Shown: in pieces, positions 1-9,028 of the stretch
Numbering within the stretch: position 1 is the first letter of the stretch
How the letters are laid out: every line of letters begins with the position of its first letter
Assembly: GCA_045587165.1 (NCBI GenBank)
Contig: JAZNBT010000066.1
Location: forward strand, 1 to 45,197
DNA length: 45,197 bases
Reading direction: 5' to 3'
Source: Alphaproteobacteria bacterium
Lineage (GTDB): Bacteria; Pseudomonadota; Alphaproteobacteria; CAAGCB01; CAG-977
The notes under the pieces: model-generated
Seen by the model: only the letters and a program-made list of their open reading frames with translations
What the model was told of the DNA's origin: nothing
Database searches by the model: none
Program-made: the position numbers and the translations under genes

Positions 1-1
1 T

Positions 2-694
2 TCTTTTGTGTTTACGGGGCTTTCCTTGTCCGCGCAAGCCCAATATACGTCCAAATCGACCTCTTCTTCTAAAGCGTCCGACAAAACAGAAACAACTGTC
101 AGCACCCCGAAAACAGGAACAAATCCGTATACCGGAACAAGCGCGGCACGAAAAGCGCCGGCAGCAAAAACAAATCCGTACACCGGAACAGGTGCGGCAC
201 AAAAAGCGCCGGCAGCAAAACAGCAACCGGCTCAAGCGACATTTCGTCCGCGTCCTCAGCCTGCTGCCACGCCTCAAACGGCAGAAGACGACGAACTTCC
301 TTCGTTTGACGCTTTGGAAAAATCGGGAACGGCCGCCTCTAAATCCGCACCGGCGGCAGACGTACCTCCTCCTCCTCCGCCTAAAGGGGAAATCTGGTTT
401 TATATTGTCAGTAAAACGCCGAAAAAGCCTACCATTTGCACTTGGAAAGTCGTTTTACAGAACAAAACCGACACTTCCATTACCCGTTTAAAAATCATCT
501 ATACACTGCTTGGCGAAAAGATGCCGATGACTTTTTCGAAAATTGCGCCGAATGCTTCGGTCGTAAAAACGCACGGAATATATTCAGAAAAATGTCCCGC
601 GTTGGTTCAGTCAAAACCAAAAATGGAAGTTGTTGCTTGTAAAATGGGACCCGTTGCCGATCAGGATTGTCTGAAGTACATTGTTGTAAAATAA
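2..694 (+). CDS. Secreted hypothetical protein, 5'-truncated: low-complexity T/S/A/K/P linker plus Cys-containing C-terminal beta-rich domain
   Basis: The frame is open to the window edge. The N-terminus reads like the end of a signal peptide (FVFTGLSLSAQA). It has a duplicated TNPYTGT..KAPAAK, a poly-Pro run and a C-terminal domain with 4 Cys. Confidence 0.7.
   Translation, partial: SFVFTGLSLSAQAQYTSKSTSSSKASDKTETTVSTPKTGTNPYTGTSAARKAPAAKTNPYTGTGAAQKAPAAKQQPAQATFRPRPQPAATPQTAEDDELPSFDALEKSGTAASKSAPAADVPPPPPPKGEIWFYIVSKTPKKPTICTWKVVLQNKTDTSITRLKIIYTLLGEKMPMTFSKIAPNASVVKTHGIYSEKCPALVQSKPKMEVVACKMGPVADQDCLKYIVVK
119..220 (+). repeat. 2 x 51-bp in-frame tandem repeat
   Basis: acaaatccgtat/caccggaaca...gcgccggcagcaaaa occurs twice, encoding TNPYTGTSAARKAPAAK and TNPYTGTGAAQKAPAAK. 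Confidence 0.9.
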
Positions 695-709
695 TCTGGA
701 TAATCATTT

Positions 710-2485
710 GTGATTTGCTTTTTACGCCGTTTTTTACTTTGGATAGGGATTTTTCTATGTGTTAGCCGAACTGTTTCCGCAGAACAGGTCATTCAATTAA
801 TCCCGCCGACCGAATCGGAAAACCCGATCGAAACAACCGTTCTGTCTTCGTTGGATAAGACGCTGTACGCACAAATTTTTTCCCATTTGGATAACGGTGC
901 CTATAAAGAAGCGGAAATTTTATTGGAAACAGTCGAAAACGATTTGTTAAAAAGCTATGTTTTAGCTCGAATTTATTTGGCGAAAGAAACGGACCCCACC
1001 AAAAAACAATTGAGCGATTGGCTGAAAAAATATGCCGATTTGCCGATTGCGGAAGAGATATACAATCTGGCCGCAAAGAAAAAAGCCCCGTTACCGCGAA
1101 AAAAACCTTCTGATCCTGCGGCGCATATGGCGGCGGGAGTCTGCACATCAATACGGATTGCGGATCCTATCGATTTAATTTTTTTCAAAAAAGTCTCTTA
1201 CGTTCCTGAAACGTATCGAAAAAAAGTACGCATGGGAATGTTGTATTTTTCTTCGGCGATCAAACGCGGTAAAACATTAGCCGCAAAATTGCATTTAAAC
1301 GACAAATACGTCAAAAAATACCTGTCACAAAAAGACCGTGACGATTCTCTGACGGCATTGGCTTTTGCTTATTTTATCGATCGACAGGATAAAAAAGCCT
1401 GGGAAACGATACAAGAACCGTTAAAACGTGCAGACATACGCAATCCGACGGCTCACTGGGTCGCCGGCTTGACGGCATTTCGCCTGCAAAAATGGGAAGA
1501 AGCCGAAAAAGCGTTCAAGACCTTGACCGATCATCCGAAAGCCATTCCGACGCAAAAATCGGCCGGAGCTTTTTGGACAACGCGCGTTTTGTTAAAAACA
1601 CAAAAATACAAAGAAATCACGTCTTATTTACAACAAGCGGCAACAGCCGCTCCGAATTTCTTTTACGGTATTTTGGCGCAACGTGCTTTAGGTTGGCCGA
1701 TCGGTCATTCATGGAAAAATTCTTCATCGGAAACACCGGACACAACAGCCGTTTTAAAAGAACCCGGAGGCCGCAGAGCGGCTGCTTTTATTCAGATCGG
1801 TCAAATGGAAATTGCGGAAAAGGAACTGATTAAGCTTTATGCCGAAAAGAAAAGCCTGCGTAAACAATTATTGGCTTATACGGAATCCATCAAAGAATAT
1901 CCGGATTTGAACGTACGATTGGCCGCTTTATCGGGCGAAGTCGAAACCCCCGACGGAGACAACGCCCTTTATCCGTATCCGAACTGGACTCCGACAAACG
2001 GTTGGCAAGTTGAAAAGGCATTGGTGTATGCCTTTGTTCGACAGGAATCATGCTTTAAAAACAAAGCGTTCAGCAAAGCCGGTGCACGTGGCGTCATGCA
2101 GTTAATGCCGTCAACGGCTCGTTTGATGGCACGTAAACTGAAGGAGCCGTATCAACTCAGTCGATTACATAGAATCCCTTATAATTTGATGATCGGGCAG
2201 GAATTAATCAAAACACTGTTAAATTACAAAGCAATTGACGGCAATCTTTTAATGACGATCGCGTCTTATAATTGCGGACCGAAAAATACGGTCAAATGGC
2301 AAAAACGCGAAGATTTCAAAGACGATCCTTTAATGTTTGTCGAAGGCATCCCGTCACGTGAAACGCGCGGTTTTGTTAAAAAAGTCATGGGAAATTACTG
2401 GGTTTACCGCAGTTTGTTCGGTCAGGATTTATCGTCGATCGACGATGTGTTAACGGGAAAATATCCGGTTTACAAACCTGAATAA
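710..2485 (+). CDS. slt: Soluble lytic murein transglycosylase (Slt70-like)
   Basis: Signal peptide, helical-repeat N-region, and an SLT domain with RQES (catalytic Glu), GARGVMQLMP, ASYNCG and IPSRETRGFVKKV. Confidence 0.92.
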   Translation: MICFLRRFLLWIGIFLCVSRTVSAEQVIQLIPPTESENPIETTVLSSLDKTLYAQIFSHLDNGAYKEAEILLETVENDLLKSYVLARIYLAKETDPTKKQLSDWLKKYADLPIAEEIYNLAAKKKAPLPRKKPSDPAAHMAAGVCTSIRIADPIDLIFFKKVSYVPETYRKKVRMGMLYFSSAIKRGKTLAAKLHLNDKYVKKYLSQKDRDDSLTALAFAYFIDRQDKKAWETIQEPLKRADIRNPTAHWVAGLTAFRLQKWEEAEKAFKTLTDHPKAIPTQKSAGAFWTTRVLLKTQKYKEITSYLQQAATAAPNFFYGILAQRALGWPIGHSWKNSSSETPDTTAVLKEPGGRRAAAFIQIGQMEIAEKELIKLYAEKKSLRKQLLAYTESIKEYPDLNVRLAALSGEVETPDGDNALYPYPNWTPTNGWQVEKALVYAFVRQESCFKNKAFSKAGARGVMQLMPSTARLMARKLKEPYQLSRLHRIPYNLMIGQELIKTLLNYKAIDGNLLMTIASYNCGPKNTVKWQKREDFKDDPLMFVEGIPSRETRGFVKKVMGNYWVYRSLFGQDLSSIDDVLTGKYPVYKPE

Positions 2486-4362
2486 TCCTCATCCTCCAAC
2501 GGCGGCAAAGAAATATCATGTATAATGTTGCCCCATATTTGCGCCGGTAAACTGCCGCCGGTGACTTTATTCATAGGCTTTTCATTATCATTTCCGACCC
2601 AAATTCCCGCGGCCAAATCCTGCGTATAACCGATGAACCACGCATCACGATAATTTTGTGTTGTTCCCGTCTTTCCTTTGGCAAGCACTGTCGGATTGGC
2701 TTTTTTTCCTGTTCCGTTTTGAATAACGTCTATTAAAACGGCATCCAATTCGGCAATATAACGCGGATTAACCAATCTGGCTCGTCCGCTGTCCGAACGG
2801 GCATAAAGCACCTGTCCGTTTTGACCGAGTATTTCCTTAATTCCGTAAGGAGTAACCGCGAATCCTCCGTTTAACAAAGACGCATATGCGGATACGGCAT
2901 CAATCAAACGCGTTTGACAAACCCCCAAAGCAATCGCTCCGTTCGCTTCACAATCCGATTCAACGATACCGAATTTTCGGGCATTCTTTAAAACGGAACG
3001 TACACCCGTTTTTATCGCCGTCGCTACGGCGACCGTATTCACCGAATGAACCAAAGCGTCATGCAACGAAATACGACCATAGTATTTACCGTTAAAATTT
3101 TTAGGACTCCAACCGTCAAGATAAAGCGGTTTGTCTTCAACAATATCCGCAGCGTTTGCTCCTTCTTCGAAAGCGGTCAGATAAACAAACGGTTTGATGG
3201 CAGATCCGATTTGCCGCCGCGCTTCGACCGCACGGTTAAATTGGCTTTGACGATAATCCTTTCCGCCGTTCATTGCCAATACGGCACCGTCTTCGGCCAT
3301 AATGACACCGGCGGCCTGAGTGACATTTTTTTCTTTTGCTTCGGAAGAGTTTAACGCCGTTTGAATTTCCCGATCCAACACGGTCTGCATTTGCGGACGC
3401 AATGTTGTTTTAATGGCAATATCCTGCCCGATACCGCCGAGATAAGCTTCCGCCTCGTCAGCAATCCAATCCGTAAAATAAAAAACGGATTTATCCTTAT
3501 CTTTATCGGTTTTTGCTCCTGTTTCGGCTGCGTTTAAGGCTGTTTTTGCAGAAACGAAACCGGCCTTGACCATATTTGCCAAAACCAATCTGGCACGTTT
3601 ATCCGCCGCCTGCGGATGCGTCAAAGGATTATAACGGGTCGGCGCTTTTAACAAACCGGCCAAAACAGCCGCCTGATACAAGTTCAGATGCTTTGCCTTA
3701 ACTCCGTAATATTTTTGAGCGGCCGCTTCTATGCCGTATGTCCCCGCACCGAAATAAACGCGATTCAAATAAACGGTTAAGATTTGTTCTTTTGTCAATC
3801 GGTATTCCAACCAAAAAGCCAGCAACAATTCCTGAACTTTACGTTGAATCGTTTTTTTGGAGGAAAGAAACAGATTTTTGGCGACTTGCTGAGTTAAAGT
3901 GCTGGCGCCTTGAGCTTTACGACCTTTTAGCACATTCACGACAACAGCTCGCGCCACGGAATAAAAATCAATTCCGAAATGCGAATAAAAACGCCTGTCT
4001 TCGGTAGCTATAATCGCCTGAGGAATATAATCAGGCAACCGCTTCAGTACCACGGGTCTGCCGTATTGAGCCCCATACGAAGCGATTTCCGATCCGTCTT
4101 CCGCCAAAACATAAATTTTAGGCGCACGGGTATTTTTAACGGCTTTTTCAATATTCGGCAAGGTTGCGGCACAATAACCGACATAGACAACGACACTCAC
4201 TCCCGCAGTGATCACAAATCGAATCGTCCAACAATTCAGAAAAAAACCTTTTAACAGTTCGATTCCTTTTGTTAAACGCGAAAAAAGCCGTTTTTTCGCC
4301 TTTTTTCCCGACTCGGCGGATTTTTTATGTTTTTCCGTTTGTTTCCTTGTCTTTTTTGTCAT
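2470..4362 (-). CDS. Class A penicillin-binding protein (PBP1A family, transglycosylase/transpeptidase)
   Basis: N-terminal TM segment. GT51 motifs ATEDRRF, GASTLTQQ and RKVQE. Transpeptidase motifs SAIK (SxxK), SVN and KTG. Confidence 0.95.
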   Translation of the reverse strand: MTKKTRKQTEKHKKSAESGKKAKKRLFSRLTKGIELLKGFFLNCWTIRFVITAGVSVVVYVGYCAATLPNIEKAVKNTRAPKIYVLAEDGSEIASYGAQYGRPVVLKRLPDYIPQAIIATEDRRFYSHFGIDFYSVARAVVVNVLKGRKAQGASTLTQQVAKNLFLSSKKTIQRKVQELLLAFWLEYRLTKEQILTVYLNRVYFGAGTYGIEAAAQKYYGVKAKHLNLYQAAVLAGLLKAPTRYNPLTHPQAADKRARLVLANMVKAGFVSAKTALNAAETGAKTDKDKDKSVFYFTDWIADEAEAYLGGIGQDIAIKTTLRPQMQTVLDREIQTALNSSEAKEKNVTQAAGVIMAEDGAVLAMNGGKDYRQSQFNRAVEARRQIGSAIKPFVYLTAFEEGANAADIVEDKPLYLDGWSPKNFNGKYYGRISLHDALVHSVNTVAVATAIKTGVRSVLKNARKFGIVESDCEANGAIALGVCQTRLIDAVSAYASLLNGGFAVTPYGIKEILGQNGQVLYARSDSGRARLVNPRYIAELDAVLIDVIQNGTGKKANPTVLAKGKTGTTQNYRDAWFIGYTQDLAAGIWVGNDNEKPMNKVTGGSLPAQIWGNIIHDISLPPLEDEDYSGL

Positions 4363-4428
4363 CTTTTTTAAATAGGTTACTATTTATTAATAAAGCTGGA
4401 ACACAATCAAAACATAGACCCGAAGAGC

Positions 4429-4443
4429 TTAAAACCAAGTTAA
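4429..4443. promoter_or_regulatory. Putative CtrA binding box
   Basis: TTAA-aaccaag-TTAA (TTAA-N7-TTAA) in the divergent intergenic region between the PBP1A gene and the 71-aa gene. Confidence 0.45.
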
Positions 4444-4462
4444 ATTCTAAGGATGTGATCTC

Positions 4463-4678
4463 ATGACAGCCGCGTTTGCCCCTCAAAAGAAAGTATCTTT
4501 GAAAATAGACGCCCCACTGTATTCTTTGTTGGAAAAACAGGCGGATGAAACAGGTGTCGGATTAAACGATTTCATCCAACAATTATTGACGGATGCTATG
4601 GACAACTGGGGCGATTACTGCGATACGCTGAGGCGGTTGTCGTCTGATGAAGAACCCAGACACCTTTGTTTTAAATAA
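4463..4678 (+). CDS. Small ribbon-helix-helix (CopG-like) DNA-binding protein
   Basis: AAGGA RBS. KVSLKID beta-strand followed by two helices (LYSLLEKQADETG-VGLNDFIQQLL). A terminator follows. Confidence 0.65.
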   Translation: MTAAFAPQKKVSLKIDAPLYSLLEKQADETGVGLNDFIQQLLTDAMDNWGDYCDTLRRLSSDEEPRHLCFK

Positions 4679-4689
4679 CTTCGGATTAT

Positions 4690-4720
4690 AAAAAAACCGA
4701 TCTGAGTGATCGGTTTTTTA
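4690..4720. terminator. Bidirectional intrinsic terminator
   Basis: aaaaaaaccgatc-tgagt-gatcggtttttt between convergent genes. Confidence 0.85.
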
Positions 4721-4722
4721 TT

Positions 4723-5685
4723 TTATCTTGTTTTAGCCTTCGCCATCAAAATCGCGGTATCAAATTGCGGTTGATGAAATTTATCCGGCTGATTTTCATA
4801 ATGCTTTTTCGCGCTCGGCGCACGAGCGAGCAAAGCGGTTATTTTTTCTGCGGATTCTTTATTTACCGCGACATAATGTCCGCTTTCCAAAATCTTCGGA
4901 TCTTCGGAAAAATAACAACTGCCGTCATTGTTCAAACACAGATCTTTAACAATATGCGCCGCGGATTGAGAAACGGCATACGTATCCGTTTTATGATCGC
5001 CCCGGTCTTCACGGCGCTGCATCATTTCCACCTGATACGCTTCATCATAAGCTTTCTTTACGGGTTCATTATCATACCATGCCAAAAAAGCCGCCGTACG
5101 CGCATGACCGTTGTTCAATGCGCCGTCTTCATATAAAGCATATTCGAAAGCCCGTCCGATTGCGCGATTGTCCGGTTGACGGCAAAAAGCGAACAAAGGT
5201 TGTTCGTTTCCTTTTTCCATCATCTCCCCTAACACTTGAGCCGCCGTTGCCTGAGCATCAGCCTCAACCGCGCGAGTACGCATAACGTTCGTTTTGATCG
5301 TTTCTTTACGAGGACGCTTATCATCGCTTGCATCATATTCGCCGCGTTCGAACTGACCGGCATGACGACATTCATGTATCAAAACGCCGACTAAAACATC
5401 GTCTTTGCTGACGGGATTCAAAACAATATTTTTGTTTTCCTTATTACATCCGCCGTTACACCCGAAAGCAAACTCCATTCCCAACTTATAACCGGCCTTG
5501 CTGGCGATTTCCAAAGTTTGCCGGCCCGTTTCGGATTCAACGATTTGATTAATCATTGACGTAATCCGTTCTTGTATCACCTTATCCCCGACGATTTCAA
5601 ACGGCGGCTGCAAATTTTGTTTTAAAGAAGCCCCTTCTGCCTGAACAGGAACGGATTGTTCAAAATCCTGTTGCAATACGGACAT
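4723..5685 (-). CDS. Putative zinc metallopeptidase (HExxH...E; possibly DUF6782-like)
   Basis: HECRH at 5362-5376 with downstream RAVEA. No signal peptide. The start overlaps the pqiC stop (TAATG). Homologous to 16340..17458. Confidence 0.7.
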   Translation of the reverse strand: MSVLQQDFEQSVPVQAEGASLKQNLQPPFEIVGDKVIQERITSMINQIVESETGRQTLEIASKAGYKLGMEFAFGCNGGCNKENKNIVLNPVSKDDVLVGVLIHECRHAGQFERGEYDASDDKRPRKETIKTNVMRTRAVEADAQATAAQVLGEMMEKGNEQPLFAFCRQPDNRAIGRAFEYALYEDGALNNGHARTAAFLAWYDNEPVKKAYDEAYQVEMMQRREDRGDHKTDTYAVSQSAAHIVKDLCLNNDGSCYFSEDPKILESGHYVAVNKESAEKITALLARAPSAKKHYENQPDKFHQPQFDTAILMAKAKTR

Positions 5686-6287
5686 TATTTTTTGCCTTTC
5701 TTTAAATTAGTGGATACATAATCGGCGATCGTATAGCCCAAATCTTTCAGCAAACGCTGTTCCGCGCGAACGACATCGGAATAATCGTCCCCTTCAACAG
5801 GAGCGATCAAAGTCGAACGAGACCGATAAACAACATTACCCGAATTTGACAGAATTGTCCACCATACATCCAACACGGCTTCTTTATCAAAAGTCGCGTC
5901 AAATCTTAAAACTTCGACGAACAGACGATACGGAAACAAATCCCTGTTCAGATTTATTTGTTTGGCCGCCTGATATCCCATACGCTCAGAAATGGATCCC
6001 GCCAAAACACGCGGAAAGACATCACCGATCTGTTCGGCCCAACGATTAAATTCGGAAGCGGTCAATGTCACGGAGTCCGGCTGACGAATAACGATTTGCG
6101 GTTTATCCAAATAATTCGGCATAAAAACGTTTTCGATTCCGATCAGCAAATTATCCGCATTTTTCAACGTTACGCTTTGCGACGGCAAAATATTACTGTC
6201 CAAAACATAAAAAGTGGAAGGACGAGAAAAGCCGCACGCGCTTAAAGCGGCCGTTAACGCAAAAATCAGATAAAAACGTTTTTTCAT
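5685..6287 (-). CDS. PqiC-family / ABC transport auxiliary lipoprotein
   Basis: Lipobox ALSAC and motifs FYVL, PNYLDKPQIV and NRWAE. Start moved to the ATG at 6287 (ATGA overlap with mlaD, GGAGG RBS). Confidence 0.88.
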   Translation of the reverse strand: MKKRFYLIFALTAALSACGFSRPSTFYVLDSNILPSQSVTLKNADNLLIGIENVFMPNYLDKPQIVIRQPDSVTLTASEFNRWAEQIGDVFPRVLAGSISERMGYQAAKQINLNRDLFPYRLFVEVLRFDATFDKEAVLDVWWTILSNSGNVVYRSRSTLIAPVEGDDYSDVVRAEQRLLKDLGYTIADYVSTNLKKGKK

Positions 6288-7111
6288 CGGGATCCTCCTT
6301 TTCCTCTCAACAACGCTTCGGGGTGACGTTCCAAATAATCCGACCAATTACGCAAAGACTGAGCCGCCGCACTGAAATCACGCAACATTTTATTTAAATC
6401 CAACATTGTTCTGGAATCTTCATCAAAAGATCCCAATGTTTTCTCAACTTTCTGCGATACAGCGGCCAGAGAATGCGTCAAAACCGAAATATCTTTCATA
6501 ACCGAAGGCGTATCATTGTTAATCAGTTTTAGTAATTTATCGGCTTCCAACAACAACGTGTTCATATTTTCCATAGTTTCCCGCAGCGGTAGTTTTTGCA
6601 ATGTCTGTATTAATTCTTCGCTGGTTGACGGCAAAGTGGGAACTTCGATAATTTTCGGATTATGACCCTGTAAAACGACCGGCGTATCGGGATAGAAACT
6701 GATTCCCACCATCATCTGTCCGGTTAAAATACTCTGCATTTCCAATTTTGCGCGTAATCCTTTGGCGATAAGATTATCCGTTATTTCGCGCAAATCTTCT
6801 TTCCGACGGCTTTTAACATCCAAAACGATGAAATTATTCTGATTGATTTCGACATATACGGGAATTTGCAATTCCGTCGTTTGCAGATCCGTCACCAAAG
6901 AAATTCCGATAACTCTGCCGATTTGCACCCCGTTAAACATAACGGGCGAACCGACATTCAATCCTTTGATCGATCCTTGGAAATACATCACGTATTTTAT
7001 GGAACGGGAAAAAAATCTGTCTTGATTAATTAACAGAAACGTTGCGATAAAAACAAAAAACGCCGTCAGAATAAAAACGCCTATCAATCTCGGATTTGCT
7101 TTTTGAACCAT
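6284..7111 (-). CDS. mlaD: MlaD/MCE-family substrate-binding protein
   Basis: N-terminal TM, SIKGLNVGSPVMFNGVQIGRV, GLRAKL..SILTGQ, and a helical tail ending LERHPEALLRGK. Confidence 0.92.
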   Translation of the reverse strand: MVQKANPRLIGVFILTAFFVFIATFLLINQDRFFSRSIKYVMYFQGSIKGLNVGSPVMFNGVQIGRVIGISLVTDLQTTELQIPVYVEINQNNFIVLDVKSRRKEDLREITDNLIAKGLRAKLEMQSILTGQMMVGISFYPDTPVVLQGHNPKIIEVPTLPSTSEELIQTLQKLPLRETMENMNTLLLEADKLLKLINNDTPSVMKDISVLTHSLAAVSQKVEKTLGSFDEDSRTMLDLNKMLRDFSAAAQSLRNWSDYLERHPEALLRGKGGSR

Positions 7112-7122
7112 TATTCTTTTCC

Positions 7123-7878
7123 TTATTTTTGACCGCGGGTTAAAAAATGTTCCACCGTTGCGTTCGGCGGATTTTTCAATAATTCCGTCGGATTGCCGTA
7201 AGCGATCACCGTTTTTGTGTTCACGTCCAGATAAATCGAATTTGTGGCAACGGCGAAAATGGACGGTAATTCATGCGTAACCATGACAATCGTCGTATGC
7301 AGATTTTCTTTGATTTGCAAAATCAAATCGTCCAGATTTTTGGAACTGATCGGATCCAGACCGGCGGACGGTTCGTCAAAAAAGACGATTTGCGGATCCA
7401 AAGCCAACGCTCTGGCCAATCCGGCGCGTTTTTTCATACCGCCGCTGATTTCGGCGGGATAATAATCTTGAAAACCGCCCAACCCCACCAAATCAAGTTT
7501 AAGCGCTACGATATCTTTAATTTCGGCTGACGTTAAATTCGTATATTGTTCCAACGGCAACGCAACGTTTTCAGCCAATGTCATTGATGACCACAACGCG
7601 CCGCTTTGGTATAAAATACCGGCCTGACGCATACAGGCATCTCTATCGGCTTTGCTTGCGCCATTTCCCCAAAAAGAGCGACCGTTAAAAATTTCCGTTC
7701 CCTTTGCCGGCATTTTCAACCCTGTTAAAACGCTCAGCAACGTACTTTTCCCGCAGCCGCTGCCCCCCATGATAACGAAAACATCTTCTCTGTTCACGGT
7801 GAAGGAAACGTCACGCATAATAACGTTTTCGCCGTAAGCCACCGTAAAATCCTTTATTTCCAAAAACGGTCCGACCAT
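7123..7878 (-). CDS. mlaF: MlaF/Mkl-type ABC ATPase
   Basis: GGSGCGKS Walker A, ISGGMKKRAGLARALALDP, FFDEPSAGLDP and VTH. The likely start is the ATG at 7878, just after the mlaE stop. Confidence 0.93.
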   Translation of the reverse strand: MVGPFLEIKDFTVAYGENVIMRDVSFTVNREDVFVIMGGSGCGKSTLLSVLTGLKMPAKGTEIFNGRSFWGNGASKADRDACMRQAGILYQSGALWSSMTLAENVALPLEQYTNLTSAEIKDIVALKLDLVGLGGFQDYYPAEISGGMKKRAGLARALALDPQIVFFDEPSAGLDPISSKNLDDLILQIKENLHTTIVMVTHELPSIFAVATNSIYLDVNTKTVIAYGNPTELLKNPPNATVEHFLTRGQK

Positions 7879-7880
7879 AA

Positions 7881-9008
7881 TCACACCCCGAACATGCTTA
7901 GAATAAAAGTTAAAACGGCCGTCGCCACCGTCATCCACACGATCGAACTGACAACCGCGGACGTTGTCGCCCGTCCGACGGCGGAAGCGTTGCGTCCGCA
8001 ATTAATTCCCTGATAGCATCCGCACAAAGAAATAATGACCCCGTAAACAGACCCGTGAAGGATCCCTATCAAGATATTTTTCATGCTCAAAGCTTTTAAG
8101 GTCATACGAAAATAATCTTCCGGCGACAAATCCAACATGAACACGCCGACGAAAGCACCGCCCATAATGCCCATTACATCGGCATAAACGGTCAGCAACG
8201 GCATCATCAAAGACAAAGCCAATACGCGTGGCAAAACCAAAAAATCGAACGGAGAAATTCCCATCGTTTTCAACGCGTCAATTTCCTCGTTTACCTGCAT
8301 GGAGCCGAGCGTTGCCGCATAGGATGCCCCCGTCCTGCCGGCCATAATCACACCGCCCATAATCGCGCCCATGACACGCGTAACGGCAATGGCAACCAGA
8401 CTTGAAACATAAATCTGCGCCCCGAACATTTTTAACTGAATCGATCCGACAAACGCCAAAATCAAACCGACGAGAAAACAAATCAAAGAAACGATCGCAA
8501 ACGCGTTAACACCGGCTTCCTGAATTTCGGCCAAAATATCCGTTTTACGCACAACGGCCCGTTTCATTAAAAAACGAACAAGAGAAGCGTACGTCTGACG
8601 GGTAAACAAATAGGCCGTTTTAAGGGATTCCCAAATTCGCAAAGCCATATTGCCCAAAAAAATCAAAAAAGATTCTCTTTGAACCATCTGCCTCGTCCGC
8701 ACATGTTCAGGAACGGAAAAAGCCAAATCCAATAAAGATTCCACGCCTTCCGGAAAATTCGAAAACGTATAAGTTACTTTATTTTTTTTGCATAAAGAAA
8801 GAATATCCACCAAAAATGCTGCCAATTGACTGTCCCAATCGGCAATATCCCCACCATTTAAAACAACGCTTGTAAATTCGGGGGAAACAAAAGCATTTAT
8901 GATTTCCGTCCTGTTGTCGACAGACGCGTCAAGCAACCATTCTCCCGACAAAACAAGTTCCGCGGAACGATTTTGTTCGTCCCTTTTCAATACGACCGCG
9001 GCAGACAT
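7881..9008 (-). CDS. mlaE: MlaE permease with N-terminal STAS-like domain
   Basis: AGRTGASYAATLGSMQVNEEIDAL, LVLPRVLAL and VGRATTSAVV, with STAS-like LSGEW..WDS at the N-terminus. GAGG RBS before the ATG at 9008. Confidence 0.93.
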   Translation of the reverse strand: MSAAVVLKRDEQNRSAELVLSGEWLLDASVDNRTEIINAFVSPEFTSVVLNGGDIADWDSQLAAFLVDILSLCKKNKVTYTFSNFPEGVESLLDLAFSVPEHVRTRQMVQRESFLIFLGNMALRIWESLKTAYLFTRQTYASLVRFLMKRAVVRKTDILAEIQEAGVNAFAIVSLICFLVGLILAFVGSIQLKMFGAQIYVSSLVAIAVTRVMGAIMGGVIMAGRTGASYAATLGSMQVNEEIDALKTMGISPFDFLVLPRVLALSLMMPLLTVYADVMGIMGGAFVGVFMLDLSPEDYFRMTLKALSMKNILIGILHGSVYGVIISLCGCYQGINCGRNASAVGRATTSAVVSSIVWMTVATAVLTFILSMFGV

Positions 9009-9028
9009 AAAAATCCTCGTTTTTTTTA

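Noticed and set aside
6-491. 161-aa alternate-frame ORF at the window start
   Set aside because: It is a shadow of the low-complexity gene in the frame ending at 694.
4463-5685. RHH gene plus metallopeptidase as a toxin-antitoxin pair
   Set aside because: The genes are convergent and separated by a terminator, and the peptidase is coupled to the MCE operon.
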